Shown piece after piece: positions 1-10,294 of a DNA stretch of 64,000 bases; within the stretch, counting starts at the first letter, position 1, and each line of letters opens with the position of its first letter. Source of the stretch: a virus. The position numbers and the translations under genes were made by a program. Location: IMG/VR virus record IMGVR_UViG_3300029288_006769, positions 360,145-424,144 of that record; one strand, given 5' to 3'. Below the pieces are notes generated by a model that was not told where the DNA came from, did not search any database, and was given only the letters and a program-made list of their open reading frames with translations.

Positions 1-589
1 TATGTCTAAATCTAAATTCTGAATTCATAATGTATTCAAAAATGTCTTGTTGTTTTGCACCAACAATTGAGGCTAATTCAGCTGCAATTTCTTGATTTGA
101 CATTGTCGGGTGTTGCTCAAGTCTCATATTTATAAGAGTTCTTTGAGAACCTGTAAGACCACATTTCCTATTCAAACGGCGACATGCTCTTTTCAAGTAA
201 TTAATTTCAATAGCAGCAGATTGAAAAAGGCTATCATTCATATCAATGTCATCTGGCACTCGCAAATTATCTATTCTTTTTTTAAGTTCATCAATCTCTC
301 CTTGAGTATCATAATCAGTTTGCAAATCTTCAAGTTGTTTTTTAAGCTCATCTATTTGAGATTGAAGTGCATCGGTACCAGCATCAGAAGGAGCCTCTGC
401 CCCTGTATCAGTAGCAGGCATATCAGCTATATCTTGTGCTAGATCAGGATTTGGTTGTTCATCAGGGCTAACAGAAGGATCATCAGCAGGAACATCTACA
501 GGTTCATTAGTACCCGTTGTTTCATCGGGCGGGGTATCTTCTGCTGGTGCACTTTGTCTAATAAATCTATCAAACCATGGATGTTCCAT
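1..589 (-). CDS. Hypothetical acidic/Pro-rich protein, truncated by window edge (not in ORF track)
   Basis: ATG at 589 preceded by AGGAGAG; reads MEHPWFDRFIRQSAPAEDTPPDETTG... open toward position 1. Confidence 0.7.
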   Translation of the reverse strand, partial: MEHPWFDRFIRQSAPAEDTPPDETTGTNEPVDVPADDPSVSPDEQPNPDLAQDIADMPATDTGAEAPSDAGTDALQSQIDELKKQLEDLQTDYDTQGEIDELKKRIDNLRVPDDIDMNDSLFQSAAIEINYLKRACRRLNRKCGLTGSQRTLINMRLEQHPTMSNQEIAAELASIVGAKQQDIFEYIMNSEFRFRH

Positions 590-872
590 GCTCTCTCCTT
601 TGTTTTCTCTCTTGTCTTGCTTTTTCTATCTGTTCCTGTTTTTGTTTGAATAATTGTCTTGTTATTGCTGCTCTTTTTTGATTTGTAAAGAAACTTGTCT
701 GTTTCTCAATTGCATTAGATAAGTCTAAAGCTTGTAAAGCCATTTTTTGCATACCAATAAGATAAAATTTAGCTGAAATATCATTCTCTTTCAACATCGA
801 AATTTCTTTATTTAATTCTTGAGAATGAAACTTCAGTTTATTAATTATTTCTCTAACATGTTCTATACTCAT
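570..872 (-). CDS. Hypothetical coiled-coil protein
   Basis: 100 aa ORF overlapping the terminase stop by 4 nt. Confidence 0.6.
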   Translation of the reverse strand: MSIEHVREIINKLKFHSQELNKEISMLKENDISAKFYLIGMQKMALQALDLSNAIEKQTSFFTNQKRAAITRQLFKQKQEQIEKARQERKQRREHGTSMV

Positions 873-2740
873 CTAAATGATCTCACTGGATGAATAGCTC
901 TTTGCAAATTAGTTACCGTTTTATGCAATTTCAAACGTCTTTGATAAGCTTGATGACTTGCTACTTTATCACCTGTTGACGTAAAAGTTTGCACTCCATT
1001 TGTTCCAACAATACTCAAAGCAGACATCCCGATTTCATTGTTAGTGGCTATATATGAAGCATTGGCTAAAACATCGCACAAGTCATCCGTTGTTATTTCT
1101 CCAAGAGTAGGTGCCTCAATTAAAAATTGTTTTTTCCCAACTCTTTTTTCCTGTAAATTTTTAAGTTCTTTTATTCCCCGTTCATGATAAAACATGTCGA
1201 GTCTTTCATCATAAATAAGATCTCTCAAATTTTTGTAAATTTTAGTGTTGTAATGTCTACTAAAAGGAGTTTTGAGAGCATTCAATCCTAATTTTTTGAA
1301 CTTAAGAACAGAAGATGTACTGTCAAATTGGTCAAATACTATTTTCACTATTCTGAATTTTTGACATAAACTTGTTATATATTCGTGTATGACTTCTTCA
1401 TCGATATAAGGCAATCCTTCAAATTCAGGATCTCTTAATGACCAAACTTTCCATCTGTCTAAAATGACAATTGTTCTTTTTTGTCTTTTTTCTTTTCCTT
1501 CGATTACATTAGTTTTTTCTTTTTGTTCTACATGAACCATAGCAAGAGCATATCCATTTTGAGATGATGAAGGATCTACAGCTATATAATGGGCATAATT
1601 TGAAACTGGGACTGTTGTTTCACTATCTCTTGTGATACAAGCATCAATTTTTTCAGGGTATCTAAAGAATCCTGAAATTATAGAAGAGAATTCTGCACCA
1701 AATTCTGAGTCAAATGATTCTGGGTTTCTCTTTTTTTCGCTTTCAAGATACTCGAAAGTAATTGTTTCATTCATCTCCCAAGTAGGTATTCTAAACATGA
1801 TCTTGTTGAGATCAGGTTCATCACCTTCTCGACCTATACAATCAAGATATAGATCGTAAAAAATACCTGCTTTGATGTACGGCGACGAAATGCTTATGAT
1901 TTTTCCATCAAGTCCAAATGTCGCTACAGAAGGAGTCAATGCCTCATAAATTTGATCTCCTGAACGGTTTCCCTCATTATCAATAAAGTGAGCAATCTCG
2001 TCAAGAATTCCAACTATAATGCTACCACCACGTATACCACGTGCTGTACAAGGCAGAGCCAATATTTTTATAGAAACATGAGGATCTAAAGGTTTCCCGT
2101 GTAATCTTGTTTCTTGCGTATAGAGTTCTAAATCTCTTTTTGTTCTTAAACGAATCTCAGATTGATTTTTGCCTTCGACATAAGGCGTAAACCATTTTGA
2201 ATTAAGAATTCTATTTTGAGTAGCTTTTGCAAGAATTAATGCCTGATCTGTTGTACTGGCAATATTGACAATGCGAATTTCTTCGCCTTGGGGTAATTTA
2301 TAGTATTTTTGAGGATCTACTTTTAAAATTAGTCTATATGCTTCATATGAAGAAATGACCGATGCAATAAATGTTTTACCAGATCTACGTCCACAAACTA
2401 GAACAAGTTCAATAAAATCTTTAGGATCAAGGTTTCTTAAATTTGTTCTACCTTGTTGAATTAAAAAATTGACATATTCTACTTCAGTTAAATACTTCCC
2501 TTCCTCATCAAACGGGAATGATCTTACTTTTATAGTTTTTTCTTTATCATCAAGTGAAATACCATAATAAACTTTAAGAACAAGTTTTTCAACAGCATGT
2601 AAGGGTTGATCAAGATAAAAAGGGTGTTCACAGAAGGTGATTATGTCAACTTCTTTTTCTGAATCATCAATGAGTCCCTTTGTTGCTTCTGCAAAAAGGG
2701 ACTCAAACGAGAAGGAAGTATCTAAAATATCATTAGCCAT
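869..2740 (-). CDS. terL: Terminase large subunit
   Basis: Walker A CGRRSGKT, Walker B ILDEIAHF, ISSP motif, RNase H-like AVDPS...DDLCD; likely start MANDIL at 2740. Confidence 0.9.
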   Translation of the reverse strand: MANDILDTSFSFESLFAEATKGLIDDSEKEVDIITFCEHPFYLDQPLHAVEKLVLKVYYGISLDDKEKTIKVRSFPFDEEGKYLTEVEYVNFLIQQGRTNLRNLDPKDFIELVLVCGRRSGKTFIASVISSYEAYRLILKVDPQKYYKLPQGEEIRIVNIASTTDQALILAKATQNRILNSKWFTPYVEGKNQSEIRLRTKRDLELYTQETRLHGKPLDPHVSIKILALPCTARGIRGGSIIVGILDEIAHFIDNEGNRSGDQIYEALTPSVATFGLDGKIISISSPYIKAGIFYDLYLDCIGREGDEPDLNKIMFRIPTWEMNETITFEYLESEKKRNPESFDSEFGAEFSSIISGFFRYPEKIDACITRDSETTVPVSNYAHYIAVDPSSSQNGYALAMVHVEQKEKTNVIEGKEKRQKRTIVILDRWKVWSLRDPEFEGLPYIDEEVIHEYITSLCQKFRIVKIVFDQFDSTSSVLKFKKLGLNALKTPFSRHYNTKIYKNLRDLIYDERLDMFYHERGIKELKNLQEKRVGKKQFLIEAPTLGEITTDDLCDVLANASYIATNNEIGMSALSIVGTNGVQTFTSTGDKVASHQAYQRRLKLHKTVTNLQRAIHPVRSFR

Positions 2741-3740
2741 TATTGTATGACGCCACAACTTCGAAAATAATGTCTTCTGTTGTTCTGTATCTAAGCATTG
2801 CAATTTTGACAAGTTTGTTGATCATACTTGCTGTGTAGAGTTCTTTCAATTTTGGACTTTCTCTAAGTTTCTCTCTTCCAATTGCAATCCAATGACGAAC
2901 CATTCTTTCAGTAAAAGCAGGATCTTCTTTACCAAGTTCTTTTGCGACCTCATTACTTGTCAGATCATCAGCTCCTGGATCATCCGGATGATAATATTTT
3001 AAAAGAACTTTCTTTTCATTGTCAGGTAATTTCTTGATTTCTTCCATGAAAAGTCTCATAATCTCTTTGTTTCTTAGAACTTCGTCCGGGAGAGGTTCGT
3101 TACTCTTGAGTGTGTCCATAAGAAGAAGTGCGCTCTCACCTTCATCACCAGAAACTTCTTCGTACATACTTTTGATAGTTCCCTGACCAAAAAGTTTTAA
3201 AATCTCAAGAGTTTTATCTACATCTGTCTTAAGAATTTCAGAAAATTCTTTAAGATCTTTTGATTCATAATCAGCATTTTCATCATCAAGTTGAGATAAA
3301 TCGATTTTGTTAAAATCTGGCATTCTTTTATTTTTTTGAAAAAATGTCCTTAGAGCATTCTTGAATCTGATTTTATATTTTCCTACATCAGGTATAACTT
3401 CACCTTTACCTAGCATTTCGGCAATCGAGTGTCTATTGATTTTCGTTCCAAAAGCTTTTGCAATGTAACCTACAATTTCACCAGCAGATTTGGGAGTAAG
3501 TTCCATAAGAACTTCAAGAAAACTACTCTCAATGTGATGACGAATTTCTTCCCTTTCTTTTGCATTACTAGCAAGTTCAGAAACTTGTTTCATCTTTTTC
3601 CCTATCAATCCGCCAAATGTCTCGCGTAAATCATCAAAGACTCTTGTTTTATCTTTTCTTGATGTTGCTGAATCTTGCAAGGTTTTAACAGCGTTTACAA
3701 GATCATCACCCTCCAATTTTTTAGATTTAAGCCAAAACAT
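2733..3740 (-). CDS. Phage sigma-70-like transcription factor
   Basis: C-terminal region-4-like HTH (LPDNEKKVLLKYY...LTSNEVAKELG...TERMVRHW...GREKLRE) and region-3-like LMDTLKSNEPLPDE; start MFWLK with AGGAG SD. Confidence 0.7.
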   Translation of the reverse strand: MFWLKSKKLEGDDLVNAVKTLQDSATSRKDKTRVFDDLRETFGGLIGKKMKQVSELASNAKEREEIRHHIESSFLEVLMELTPKSAGEIVGYIAKAFGTKINRHSIAEMLGKGEVIPDVGKYKIRFKNALRTFFQKNKRMPDFNKIDLSQLDDENADYESKDLKEFSEILKTDVDKTLEILKLFGQGTIKSMYEEVSGDEGESALLLMDTLKSNEPLPDEVLRNKEIMRLFMEEIKKLPDNEKKVLLKYYHPDDPGADDLTSNEVAKELGKEDPAFTERMVRHWIAIGREKLRESPKLKELYTASMINKLVKIAMLRYRTTEDIIFEVVASYNNG

Positions 3741-3741
3741 T

Positions 3742-3999
3742 TCACTCTCCTTTTGTTTGTGACATTGCTTTTCGTTTTTCTTTTCTCTTTTCAAGAATGC
3801 TTCTTCTTTTGTCAGCATCCTCTCCTATAATACAATCTAGTAATCTATGTTCACTTCCCTTTACTACTCCTGAAAATCGGGAAATCAATCTTCTTGTTTC
3901 ACTTCCACATTCTGGACATTTTGCATCTGGCGAATCTATATGCAAAAATTCTTCAAATTCATATCCGCAACTAAGACAAGAAAATTCATAAATGGGCAT
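3742..3999 (-). CDS. FmdB-family zinc ribbon protein
   Basis: MPIYEFSCLSCG...CPECGS signature. Confidence 0.85.
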   Translation of the reverse strand: MPIYEFSCLSCGYEFEEFLHIDSPDAKCPECGSETRRLISRFSGVVKGSEHRLLDCIIGEDADKRRSILEKRKEKRKAMSQTKGE

Positions 4000-4212
4000 A
4001 CAGCACCTTTAATTTCATTTAATTTTTTAAACATATACACGTATTTGATTTCGTTGTTTGTAACGTTTTCTGAGGCACTCAACACAAATAATCTCTCCAT
4101 ACATTACTTCTATTACTTCTCTTGTTTTCTTATCTACGATTTCAACTTTGATACGTGCATAATTGTCTTTCTCTAGATTGCAATTCGAGCAATGCATTTT
4201 CATCTCCGTTAA

Positions 4213-4491
4213 TTATTTTATATCGGCAAGTTTTGTTGCTCCCTCACCTGATCTCTCCCTTTCAATCATTTTTGATTTCATCTTGTCGTTCTTTTTTTTC
4301 ATTTGGTCTTTAATTCTAAAGCCCTGACTTGGCCAATCATTTCCTTTGAGAACAAAATTCTTGTTTAAAGAAAAAAGCCTTTCACAATCACCAGAACAAA
4401 TCTCGCATGACACTTTTGGAGTAGCTGTAATACCGTGCATTTGTTCTTGAACATTTCCACATTCCTTACACTGATACTCATATGTGGGCAT
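4213..4491 (-). CDS. FmdB-family zinc ribbon protein (second copy)
   Basis: MPTYEYQCKECG...CEICSG...FVLKGNDW signature. Confidence 0.85.
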   Translation of the reverse strand: MPTYEYQCKECGNVQEQMHGITATPKVSCEICSGDCERLFSLNKNFVLKGNDWPSQGFRIKDQMKKKNDKMKSKMIERERSGEGATKLADIK

Positions 4492-4640
4492 TTTAATCTC
4501 CTCTTAAAAATTAATTTTATTTAATTTGTACTACTAATTATATCTTGAATTTCAATGACAATGATCTTTAAATTGAAAACACAACACAATTCTGTCTATT
4601 AAACAATAGTCTTATAAAAACTATAGAAATGGGAAATGAA

Positions 4641-5324
4641 CTAGTTCAAAAACCAGTTTATTGGTTGAATATTTTTAGATGCCAAAAAATCATTTGTTTT
4701 AGAAAAGTGTTTGCATCCAAAAAATTTGTATGAGGATAAAGGTGACGGATGAGCAGACATTAAAATTTGATGTTTTTTCTGATCTATTAAAAATCTCTTA
4801 TTTTTAGCAAAAGAACCCCACAACAAAAAAACAATATTGCTTTTTAAATCAGATATTTTTTCAATTACACAATCAGTGAAAATCTCCCAACCTATTTTTG
4901 AATGCGACAATGGTTTATGGAGCTCGACTGTAAGAAAAGAATTCAAAAGCAATACGCCTTGACGAGCCCAGGACTCTAAACAACCAGATTTTGGTATTTC
5001 AATTTCTAAATCATTTGCAAGTTCCTTAAAAATATTTATAAGACTTGGTGGCTTATCGATTCCTGCAGGAACAGAAAAAGAGAGGCCCTGAGCTTGTCCA
5101 ACATTATGATAAGGGTCTTGGCCTAATAGAACCACTTTGGTGTCATCAAAAGAACACCATTCAAATGCTTTAAAGATATTATGTATTTCTGGTCTTATTT
5201 CTTTTTCTTTGTACTCTGCAAAAATTCGTTTTTTTAATTCAATAAAATAAGACTTATCCTGTTCTTCTTGAAGGATTGTTTTCCAACTTTCAGGTAACTC
5301 TAAAATATTTTTTCTATTTATCAT
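4641..5324 (-). CDS. ung: Uracil-DNA glycosylase (family 1)
   Basis: GQDPYH, GLSFSV, PPSLINI, GVLLLN, HPSPLS motifs. Confidence 0.95.
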   Translation of the reverse strand: MINRKNILELPESWKTILQEEQDKSYFIELKKRIFAEYKEKEIRPEIHNIFKAFEWCSFDDTKVVLLGQDPYHNVGQAQGLSFSVPAGIDKPPSLINIFKELANDLEIEIPKSGCLESWARQGVLLLNSFLTVELHKPLSHSKIGWEIFTDCVIEKISDLKSNIVFLLWGSFAKNKRFLIDQKKHQILMSAHPSPLSSYKFFGCKHFSKTNDFLASKNIQPINWFLN

Positions 5325-6246
5325 TACTCAAACACATTTTTAAAAAATCAATGACTTTTAATTTTATTCCAGGAGAAGTTTTTTCACTATTTCCTGCAAC
5401 ATTTAAAACTTTTATTGCATTACATTTCAACCAACTTTTGAATTTTATTTGTTGTTCTTTTAAATCTACATTTAAGTCAACATCAAAATAAGGTTTATCG
5501 TATTGAACTATTGCTTCAAATGTACATTTTTCACCTGATGAATTAAAATTTGTTGCAAATCTTACTGTCCCATCAGATTCTTTAACATTTAGATAAGTTC
5601 TTGGAGGATAATAACTTGATTCATGTTCTTGCATATTGTATAATTCTTTATATTCTGGTTTGTCTCCATCTAATGTTCTAAAACCTGCAGGCATCCATCC
5701 ACCAGATTTAAACCCTATCAATTTTGCTGTAATTATACCAGCTTCATCAGCCCCTGTTTGACCACCTGAAATAATTTTTTCAACTTGAATATTATACCAA
5801 TCAACTGTCGTAGGAATACTTTGTGTTTCTCTTGAAAAATCGAGCTTTGTGATCAAATCCGGTCTATGTAATCTGATCATCTTTCCAATCAAAGTAGTAT
5901 GACAAAAAAACATTCCTGTATTTTTTATTTGCTCTTTTGAAGAAGAACTACTCGGGCACCAACAACATAAAATATATTGTTGTTTTTTGTCAAGACTTTC
6001 AAGCCAGTTTTCTATTTGTTCCCATCTATCTACATAACCTCCTCGTAACTCATTTATATAGCTATCAATAGAATTGCCACAATTTCTAAGTCTTAATCGA
6101 AAACCATTGACATCTTTTGGGAACAAAAATTCTAAGTCATGATACTTACACCACTCAGGTTTCCAACAAGCAACACTGTATTTGTTTTCTAATTCATGTT
6201 TCTTTGCTTCAAAAAATGAAGTTAATAATACATTGAATTCAAGCAT
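5314..6246 (-). CDS. Protein with C-terminal SLOG (putative molybdenum carrier/YpsA-like) domain
   Basis: KIISGGQTGAD, GGWMPAGF, YPPRTYLNVKESDGT, LNVAGN. Confidence 0.7.
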   Translation of the reverse strand: MLEFNVLLTSFFEAKKHELENKYSVACWKPEWCKYHDLEFLFPKDVNGFRLRLRNCGNSIDSYINELRGGYVDRWEQIENWLESLDKKQQYILCCWCPSSSSSKEQIKNTGMFFCHTTLIGKMIRLHRPDLITKLDFSRETQSIPTTVDWYNIQVEKIISGGQTGADEAGIITAKLIGFKSGGWMPAGFRTLDGDKPEYKELYNMQEHESSYYPPRTYLNVKESDGTVRFATNFNSSGEKCTFEAIVQYDKPYFDVDLNVDLKEQQIKFKSWLKCNAIKVLNVAGNSEKTSPGIKLKVIDFLKMCLSNDK

Positions 6247-6267
6247 ATCTATTTATATACCAAAAAC

Positions 6268-6303
6268 AAAAAGAGCCGACACCTTTGAACCTGCCGGCTC
6301 TTA
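6268..6303 (-). terminator. Probable intrinsic terminator
   Basis: AAGAGCCG/CGGCTCTT inverted repeat followed by T-rich run on the minus strand. Confidence 0.5.
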
Positions 6304-6314
6304 TTAATAAAAAA

Positions 6315-8027
6315 TTAATTTTTATGTTTATGAATCTGAACTACGCGCTCTTGCTGTAAAGCTTTTTCTTTTGAAGGATGCCTTCCTAAAAGTCTATCTT
6401 GATCCTTTGTGTATAAACACCATCGTTGTTCTGATTTGGGTCTATTATCTTGATCTTTTTTAGGGCATTTTTTGATTATTGCTATCTTGATAAGTTCATG
6501 TTTACTAAGAATCTTTTTCTCTTCATTTGTCAAAAGGTTACTCAAGTATTTTATTGGATCTTTAAAACCATAACGCTCAATATATTTGAAAATAATATTG
6601 AAAGCTTCCCAATTTTTACTAAATTTGCAACCTAATAATTCAAATTCATTTGTTTTGAATCTAATTAAACGAAATTCTTTAATTTCTTCTTTCAAAGTTT
6701 TCAAATCTTGAAAATCTCGTGTTAATTTTGCTTTTATATCAGTCGTGTCCTTATTTGCTTTTTCTTGATAGACTAAGTCATTCACATGAACTTTTGTTCT
6801 AAAAATAAAGGGTAGAACAAATCTAACAATAGACAAAGCTTGCTGTCGTTCTTTTGCAAATTCTTCATCAGGTACAAAAGTAGTATCGACAAATTTTGGA
6901 GAACTCAACCACGAATCCTTAAGAATATCATAAACAGAATCAGATTCTAAACGTCTATTTTTCCCTATAACAAAGAATTTCACGGGATGGTCACCAACCA
7001 ACTTCTTGTCATTTAACCTATAGACATATTGGCGGATAAATTGCCTTATCTCGAGATCATTCGAGCAATGTCTAACCGATTGTAGATTGTCTTGTCTAAA
7101 CTTGTCAAAATCTATAGAAACATTTATATCGACATCAGTTTCCGGAACATATTGATTAGTAACCATTGATCCTGTCATTGAAATATCAGTTACCCAATTT
7201 TTATAATTGTTAAATTTAGAAAGAACACTAGAGAGCCTATCAAGAATTATCTTTCTAATTTCAGATTTTAATCTTATTGGTTCGACTTTCAAATCCCAAA
7301 TCATAGGACAAAAAGTTTCTTGAGGATAATCAATTATCGAAGCATGCTTGGGCAAACGTCTTTCAAAAAAAATTTCAAGTTCTTTGGGTAAGAGTTTTTT
7401 CTTTTTTAAAACTTCTGCATTCTGCTCCAACATATCTTTCCCGCCTGGGACATAATCTCTTCTTTCGATTAAAGGTTGCATTATCTGAGCAATAATTCTC
7501 TCAGTATTTGCTTTTTTGTATTCTGATGTATCTTTAACTTTTATCCAAAGAAATTTTTTAGCACTTGTTTTTATAAGAGCATAATAACCATCAACTTTTT
7601 TACCATTAAATTTTACCACGTATTTCTTATCATAATCGACATCTACAAGTTCAAAAGTTCCTTTGTCATAAATATCGACTGTTCCTGCACCATAATGCCC
7701 TTCTGGTATAGTGCCCTCAAAATCACGATAAGCTATATCATGATCTTCAGTTTCTGATGCAAGCAAAGGTTTATCGCTTGGGAGTTTATGCTTTGGAATT
7801 GCCCAACTTCTAAGCACTGTACCTGATTTGTCTGGGAATTTTGTTTCTGGTTCCGTTGTGCTATCATTATCCCAAACACGCTTTTTGTAATATGAAGTAA
7901 GGGCATCTTTCAATGAATCAACAGGGAATTCAAGTCGTAGATCCCAGTGTTCATTAGTAGCGACATGATGTTGTATTACGAATTTTCCTTTATATCCAAT
8001 TTGAAGTTTTTCTTTATCGTAACTCAT
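6315..8027 (-). CDS. LigD 3'-phosphoesterase domain fused to a Pol-beta-type nucleotidyltransferase-like domain
   Basis: N-terminal FVIQHHVATNEHWDLRLE, LRSWAIPK, TEDH...FEGTIPEGHYGAGTV; downstream TGSM...ETDVDINV (GS...DxD). Confidence 0.8.
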   Translation of the reverse strand: MSYDKEKLQIGYKGKFVIQHHVATNEHWDLRLEFPVDSLKDALTSYYKKRVWDNDSTTEPETKFPDKSGTVLRSWAIPKHKLPSDKPLLASETEDHDIAYRDFEGTIPEGHYGAGTVDIYDKGTFELVDVDYDKKYVVKFNGKKVDGYYALIKTSAKKFLWIKVKDTSEYKKANTERIIAQIMQPLIERRDYVPGGKDMLEQNAEVLKKKKLLPKELEIFFERRLPKHASIIDYPQETFCPMIWDLKVEPIRLKSEIRKIILDRLSSVLSKFNNYKNWVTDISMTGSMVTNQYVPETDVDINVSIDFDKFRQDNLQSVRHCSNDLEIRQFIRQYVYRLNDKKLVGDHPVKFFVIGKNRRLESDSVYDILKDSWLSSPKFVDTTFVPDEEFAKERQQALSIVRFVLPFIFRTKVHVNDLVYQEKANKDTTDIKAKLTRDFQDLKTLKEEIKEFRLIRFKTNEFELLGCKFSKNWEAFNIIFKYIERYGFKDPIKYLSNLLTNEEKKILSKHELIKIAIIKKCPKKDQDNRPKSEQRWCLYTKDQDRLLGRHPSKEKALQQERVVQIHKHKN

Positions 8028-8305
8028 AAAACTTCAAACCTCATATTTCTTAATCTTGACAATCTTCTTTTCAATTCATTTTTAAGAGTTCTTTCATTAG
8101 TTACTTCCATATTCATAAGAATATCAAGAACTATTGATATGTTAGGCCTTCCCACAAAATTAGAAAAACCTGGAGCAGCCCGAATTGTTTTTTGAAAAAG
8201 AAGTGAACTTGGCCTGTCTAAAACAACATTAATTCGTATTTTTCTTGTTCTGTCAGCAGCTTCTTTTAAAATTTCATTTGCTATTTTCTGGACTTGTTTC
8301 TTCAT
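8024..8305 (-). CDS. Hypothetical protein
   Basis: 93 aa ORF with GAGG SD, overlapping neighbours. Confidence 0.6.
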   Translation of the reverse strand: MKKQVQKIANEILKEAADRTRKIRINVVLDRPSSLLFQKTIRAAPGFSNFVGRPNISIVLDILMNMEVTNERTLKNELKRRLSRLRNMRFEVL

Positions 8306-8537
8306 TAGTTTCTTCTTTAATAGATTTTCTTGATTTTGATTTTACAGCAGCATGGCCTAAGCCCAAAGCTGACAATAAGAAACCAAATATAGTCACACTC
8401 TTTGAAAAAACTAGAGGAAAACCATCAGGGCAACCATTGGGCCATATCACAGCTATACTCGGAATTAAAACAGACCAATAGATCAATGCAATTGTTCTTT
8501 TTCTTCCATTAATGAGCCGCCATAATTTAACTAGCAT
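8274..8537 (-). CDS. Small two-TM membrane protein, possible holin
   Basis: Two hydrophobic segments, basic N-terminus (GRKR), charged tail; near the endolysin. Confidence 0.45.
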   Translation of the reverse strand: MLVKLWRLINGRKRTIALIYWSVLIPSIAVIWPNGCPDGFPLVFSKSVTIFGFLLSALGLGHAAVKSKSRKSIKEETNEETSPENSK

Positions 8538-9388
8538 AATGCACCTCCAGTTTTATTGATTTCATAGAGTATGCGTAGATAAGAGGATTCTTTCTTTTTA
8601 TTATCCCATTTGAATTTCTTTCCAATAACTTTTTGATAAATTTTATCAAACTTTGCATCTTCTTTTTTAAAACTTTTTAGAGAAGAAACTGGTACACAAC
8701 ATAATCCAGTTTCTATTCTCATGCTATATGGTGCAATATGACCACCATCAGATTTCATCGGTGAAAGATCTATATTAATTTTTGAACCAGAAGGCTTATT
8801 TGTTGCAATTACAATCTTGTCATCGTCTTTAAAATATTCTTCCAGACGTTTTTCAACATCTTTTCTGATAGCACTTATATCACGTTTTGATTTTAATTTT
8901 CCTTTTACATGAAAACCTCGTTTTCCTGTAAAATTTATCTCTGGATTTGATTTGAAATCTTTTTGTTCTTTTATAAAATCAACACATTGCGAAACAATAT
9001 CTTTCAAAGATTCAAATGTTGCACTGGACCCTGGATCAATATCGAAAATAGCTTCATCCGTTGTAGTTGGAGATGTAATATGGTATTCACCTGTCTTCCC
9101 TGTGTGATATTGTTCAAAATCATCAACTGAATTGATCCTAATATATTGAGTTTTTTTATCATAAGGACGTCTTATGTAAAGTCTTGAACCCGGACGAATT
9201 GCCATGACAACAAATAAATCATGTCCTTTTAATTCTGGTACAAGTTTATTTTTTACACCATCATAATAATTCCAGACATCAATTTCTTTCACACCGTTAG
9301 AAAAATATTCATTCTTTTTGACTACAAGTTGGTCAGGATGTTCTGGATAATCTGCTGTTTTATTCAGTAGTTTTTCCATCAAATTCAT
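8531..9388 (-). CDS. LigD-type primase-polymerase (AEP) domain protein
   Basis: FDIDPG, FTGKRGFHV, INID, APYSMR motifs. Confidence 0.85.
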   Translation of the reverse strand: MNLMEKLLNKTADYPEHPDQLVVKKNEYFSNGVKEIDVWNYYDGVKNKLVPELKGHDLFVVMAIRPGSRLYIRRPYDKKTQYIRINSVDDFEQYHTGKTGEYHITSPTTTDEAIFDIDPGSSATFESLKDIVSQCVDFIKEQKDFKSNPEINFTGKRGFHVKGKLKSKRDISAIRKDVEKRLEEYFKDDDKIVIATNKPSGSKINIDLSPMKSDGGHIAPYSMRIETGLCCVPVSSLKSFKKEDAKFDKIYQKVIGKKFKWDNKKKESSYLRILYEINKTGGALC

Positions 9389-9803
9389 CCGTTTTATCGT
9401 TCAATGCATCAGCTTTTGTCTTATGAATTATTTTATCTTTGTGTTGCGGTGGTGCATAAAGTGTGTAAAGTTTAAGATCTTCTTTTCCTGTGTTAATTAT
9501 ATTGTGTTCTGTACCTGCAGGAATCAATATAGAAAAACCATCTTTAATTTGATGGGTCTCTCCACTAATAACAACTTCACCAGAGCCAGCATCTAATCTA
9601 AAAAACTGATCGACATCTTTATGTGTTTCTTTTCCAATATCTTCTTTAGGTTTTAATGTCATCAAAACTAATTGTAAGTTTTCTGCTGTATAAATAACTT
9701 TCCTGAAATTTTTGTTTCTTATTGTTTCTTCTTCTATATTGATGACAAAACCTTTTTTCTTGTTTTTCTTCAAAATCTCATCGGCTATTTTTGAAACATT
9801 CAT
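9360..9803 (-). CDS. Cupin domain protein
   Basis: QLVLMTL...IGKETH..VDQFF...IPAGTEHNIIN...LKLYTLYAPPQH. Confidence 0.9.
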   Translation of the reverse strand: MNVSKIADEILKKNKKKGFVINIEEETIRNKNFRKVIYTAENLQLVLMTLKPKEDIGKETHKDVDQFFRLDAGSGEVVISGETHQIKDGFSILIPAGTEHNIINTGKEDLKLYTLYAPPQHKDKIIHKTKADALNDKTDEFDGKTTE

Positions 9804-9811
9804 AATTTCAC

Positions 9812-10291
9812 CTATGCTAGAAATTCAAAATGTGGATAATCAGGGTTTTTAAATCTTCCTCCCCATTTCAATCCTACACTTTCTCCAAGTAATCCAGCTT
9901 CTAAATAATCAGGCTGTTCATTTTGATTGACATTAACTTTTACATCCCAAATAACTTTTCCATTTTTTGTAATAGCAATATCAAAAGCTCGTGATTTATC
10001 GTTTTCTTTATAACCATCATCAAGATCTACGAGATGTCGGGATGCAAGTGTCCATGTTACTTTATTCTTATTTTCTTTTTCTGTAATTGAAGGTAAATTA
10101 GCCATTCTTCTAAGGATATTGACTTCTCTTACAGGTTGTCTGCCTTGAGCATATAGTGCCTGTTGTTCTTTTACTGTTCTAGCTGTACATGTCACTATAA
10201 AAGCGATTTTTGCAGCATCCATTTTTTCTTTGAATTTAGCATATATTAGCTGCATTTGTGGTGTTAAATCTTCAATTTTTCTTGAAGCCAT
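9812..10291 (-). CDS. M15 family peptidase (L-Ala-D-Glu endolysin)
   Basis: RTVKEQQALYAQGR, SRH, AFDI, WGGRF..DYPHFE. Confidence 0.9.
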   Translation of the reverse strand: MASRKIEDLTPQMQLIYAKFKEKMDAAKIAFIVTCTARTVKEQQALYAQGRQPVREVNILRRMANLPSITEKENKNKVTWTLASRHLVDLDDGYKENDKSRAFDIAITKNGKVIWDVKVNVNQNEQPDYLEAGLLGESVGLKWGGRFKNPDYPHFEFLA

Positions 10292-10294
10292 AAT